From the NCBI GenBank assembly GCA_002104905.1, contig MCFE01000450.1:1-64000 (forward strand): a stretch of 64,000 nucleotides of DNA. The letters are read 5' to 3'. The position numbers and the translations under genes are program-made. The DNA comes from Basidiobolus meristosporus CBS 931.73 (taxonomy: Eukaryota; Fungi; Basidiobolomycota). The notes below the pieces were generated by a model. That model did not search any database. It was not told the origin of the DNA and saw only the letters and a program-made list of their open reading frames with translations. This document shows, in pieces, positions 61,640 to 64,000 of this stretch; positions within the stretch are counted from its first letter, which is position 1, and each line of letters opens with the position of its first letter.

Positions 61640-61705
61640 ACTTTTACTTAGTCATGGCAAAACAAACATGTGAAATATGTACAGAAAGGTCTAAAGAGCA
61701 TTAGT

Positions 61706-61889
61706 ACAAAGTTTGGGGCTGTTTGGACAACTTTTGGATATCACATGTCCTGAGTACCTGATAATTTGGTGTGAATATTTCAATTAAATCTTGACAAGGA
61801 ACTTGGTCAGATCTCTCTAGGATTGGTAGGTAATGCATCAAGTAACTAAGCAAAGGGGATATTTAGTTGGAATTGCAGAACTTACAACA
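61706..61889 (-). repeat. old partial family A LTR
   Basis: Degenerate match to about half of the A LTR, ending CTTACAACA. Confidence 0.75.
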
Positions 61890-62101
61890 AATAGTGCTTC
61901 AATTGTGCAGAAAGGCCAAAAATCCAATTCTTGGCTACAAATTAAGCAATACCATTACACATCCTTATGCAAAATAGCCTCTGTGCTTCACCAACCATGC
62001 TAGTAAAAATGCATTTTTGAACACTTTTTTTGCAGTCAGTGCTTTGCATGATGAGTATAGGTTCAGAATAGGTGTAGGCATGGACTCAGCTTACATCATC
62101 C

Positions 62102-64000
62102 TGTTGTAAGAGTCTTGGAGATATTGGAAGTGATTTGGAGAACAAGTAGATTATGTGGTTTTCACTTAATGATTTATTGAATGTAAAAGTAGTATTTATA
62201 CTTTTACATGGTCTTGGCATAACAAACATGTAGAATAGGTTAAGGAAGGTCCCAAGAACATGTGTGCAAAGTTTGGGGCTGTTTGGACAACTTTGAGAAT
62301 TTTCATGTTCTGGGTACCTGGTATTTTGGTGAAAATATTCTAAGTAAATCCCGACAAGGAATTTGGTCAGTATTCTCTAGAATTTGAGGGAAATGATCTA
62401 AGTGACTAAGTTAGGTGAATATTTAGGTGGAATTACGAATTTTTACAACACTCCCACTCAGCTAAATGTTCATACTGACTAGTCCTAATTTTGACCTAAG
62501 ATATTCAAACTTGTCTCTAGCTAATGGTTTGGTAAATATGTCTGCAATCATTTCATCTGTAGGACAGTAAACTAAGCTAACTAAGTTATTCTCTATAGCT
62601 TCACGTATGAAATGATGTCTAATATCTATGTGCTTGGTTCTAGCATGAAAAGTTGGATTTCTACCTAATTGTATACATCCTTGATTATCTTGAAATAAAG
62701 TAATAGGCGTTTTTTGACATTGACCTAAATCTGTAAACAGCTTTCTTAGCCACATTGCTTCTTTTGTAGCTTCACAGGCTGCCATGTACTCTGCCTCTGT
62801 GGTAGAAAGTGCTATGGTTGGTTGCTTTCTTGAGTTCCATGAAATTGCTCCTTGACAGTAAAGAAAGGTGTATCCTGTGGTGGATCTTCTGTCTTCTAAA
62901 TTTCGTCCCCAATCTGCATCAGAGTATCCTACAAGATCTTGTTCTGGGTCCTTATAAGTGTATCTTAAGCAGATATCAGCAGTTCCTTTTAGGTATCTAA
63001 AAATCCGCTTAACTGCTGCAATATGATCAGATCCATAGTTCTGATTATGCTGGCTGACAACTCCCACTGAATATGAGATATCTGGACGTGTTCCAAGCAT
63101 GATATACATCAGACTGCCGACCATAGATTGATAAGGAAAGTCAGGGCTTTCAGATGGCACCAAGCTCTCCTGATTTGGTTGAGTTTTGGCCAAGTTAAGG
63201 TTTGTCTCCATTGGGGTAGCTGCCGGTTTACAGTCTTCCATTTTGTACTTCTTTAGTATATCTTGAATATACTTGGATTGGCTTAGGGTAATAGTCTGGG
63301 TACTTCTGTCTATGGAGAACTTAATCCCTAAGTAGTAACTGAGTTCTCCTAGATTGGACATCTTGAACTCCTTAGATAGGCTGGATTTAGTCTCTTCCAA
63401 TGTTTCTAGGTTATTGGTGGCTATAATAAGATCATCCACATATAGAGCTAATAGAACTGGATTTGCTCTATCTGGCTTATAGTATATACTATAGTCAGCA
63501 TTACTCCTTTTGAAACTCAAAGATTCCAAATAAGAATCTATCTTGCAATTCCAGGCTCTTGGTGATTGTTTGAGACCATATAGTGACTTTTTAAGCTTGC
63601 AGACCAAATGGGGGTTATCTTGGTCAACAAACCCATCAGGCTGGTCCATATACACGTCCTCATCAAGTTCTCCATTCAAAAATGCAGTTTTTACATCCAT
63701 TTGATGAATAAAAAACTTATATTTGGCTGCAATAGCCAATATTAATCTGATGGAATTAAACTTGGCTACCGGTGCAAAGGTCTCAGTATAGTCAAGTCCT
63801 TTTGTTTGAGAGTATCCTTTGGCTACAAGTCTTGCTTTGTATCTTTCAATTGTACCATCAGCCTTGTATTTTGTCTTAAAGACCCATCTGCATCCAATTG
63901 ATTTTTGGTTGATTGGTAATTTGACTAAGTCCCAAGTTTGATTTTCTATCAGGGCCTGATATTCCTCAGTCATTGCAGATCTCCAAAACTTCGTCTGAGG
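62102..64000 (-). mobile_element. copia family A copy A3 (youngest), 3' part; runs off the window end
   Basis: 3' LTR 62102-62450, PPT 62451-62460, uninterrupted RT-RNase H frame. Confidence 0.96.
62462..63973 (-). CDS. pol: copia RT-RNase H, open throughout (ORF continues upstream beyond the window)
   Basis: [76 protein letters not shown]. Confidence 0.95.
   Translation of the reverse strand: MTEEYQALIENQTWDLVKLPINQKSIGCRWVFKTKYKADGTIERYKARLVAKGYSQTKGLDYTETFAPVAKFNSIRLILAIAAKYKFFIHQMDVKTAFLNGELDEDVYMDQPDGFVDQDNPHLVCKLKKSLYGLKQSPRAWNCKIDSYLESLSFKRSNADYSIYYKPDRANPVLLALYVDDLIIATNNLETLEETKSSLSKEFKMSNLGELSYYLGIKFSIDRSTQTITLSQSKYIQDILKKYKMEDCKPAATPMETNLNLAKTQPNQESLVPSESPDFPYQSMVGSLMYIMLGTRPDISYSVGVVSQHNQNYGSDHIAAVKRIFRYLKGTADICLRYTYKDPEQDLVGYSDADWGRNLEDRRSTTGYTFLYCQGAISWNSRKQPTIALSTTEAEYMAACEATKEAMWLRKLFTDLGQCQKTPITLFQDNQGCIQLGRNPTFHARTKHIDIRHHFIREAIENNLVSLVYCPTDEMIADIFTKPLARDKFEYLRSKLGLVSMNI

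Noticed and set aside
405-63000. Numerous 60-120 aa ORFs in the six-frame track as host genes
   Set aside because: Nearly all are antisense or off-frame shadows of retroelement genes or LTRs and recur at homologous positions in repeat copies.

Overview
This is eukaryotic, most likely fungal, repeat-saturated DNA. I found no host gene, rRNA, tRNA or CRISPR array. Almost all 64 kb is nested, partly decayed transposable elements. Ty1/copia: family A (349-bp LTR, six copies or fragments plus solo and partial LTRs) and family D (about 369-bp LTR). Both have a half-tRNA-iMet type primer site (GGTTATG[A/T]GCCC). Ty3/gypsy: families B and C (Ylt1-like, FVDD reverse transcriptase motif in C, tRNA-Lys PBS), family E (about 369-bp LTR), and family F (Tf1/sushi-like, with a self-priming signature and a G GGA AAC plus hairpin -1 frameshift signal). 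DNA transposons: an IS5/ISL2/Harbinger-type DDE_Tnp_4 transposase (one intact ORF, one interrupted copy) and a CACTA-superfamily (Tnp2/Transposase_21-like) element with CCC-starting 13-bp ends and a divergent uncharacterised ORF. CpG decay on both strands is pervasive. Family letters are my own labels, all alignments were done by eye, and no database search was possible. I do not see a clearly new biological system. The best leads are the CCC-ended CACTA-like element and its unknown ORF, a 57-bp TSD-like duplication around a copia element, and the intact cis-signals of gypsy F.
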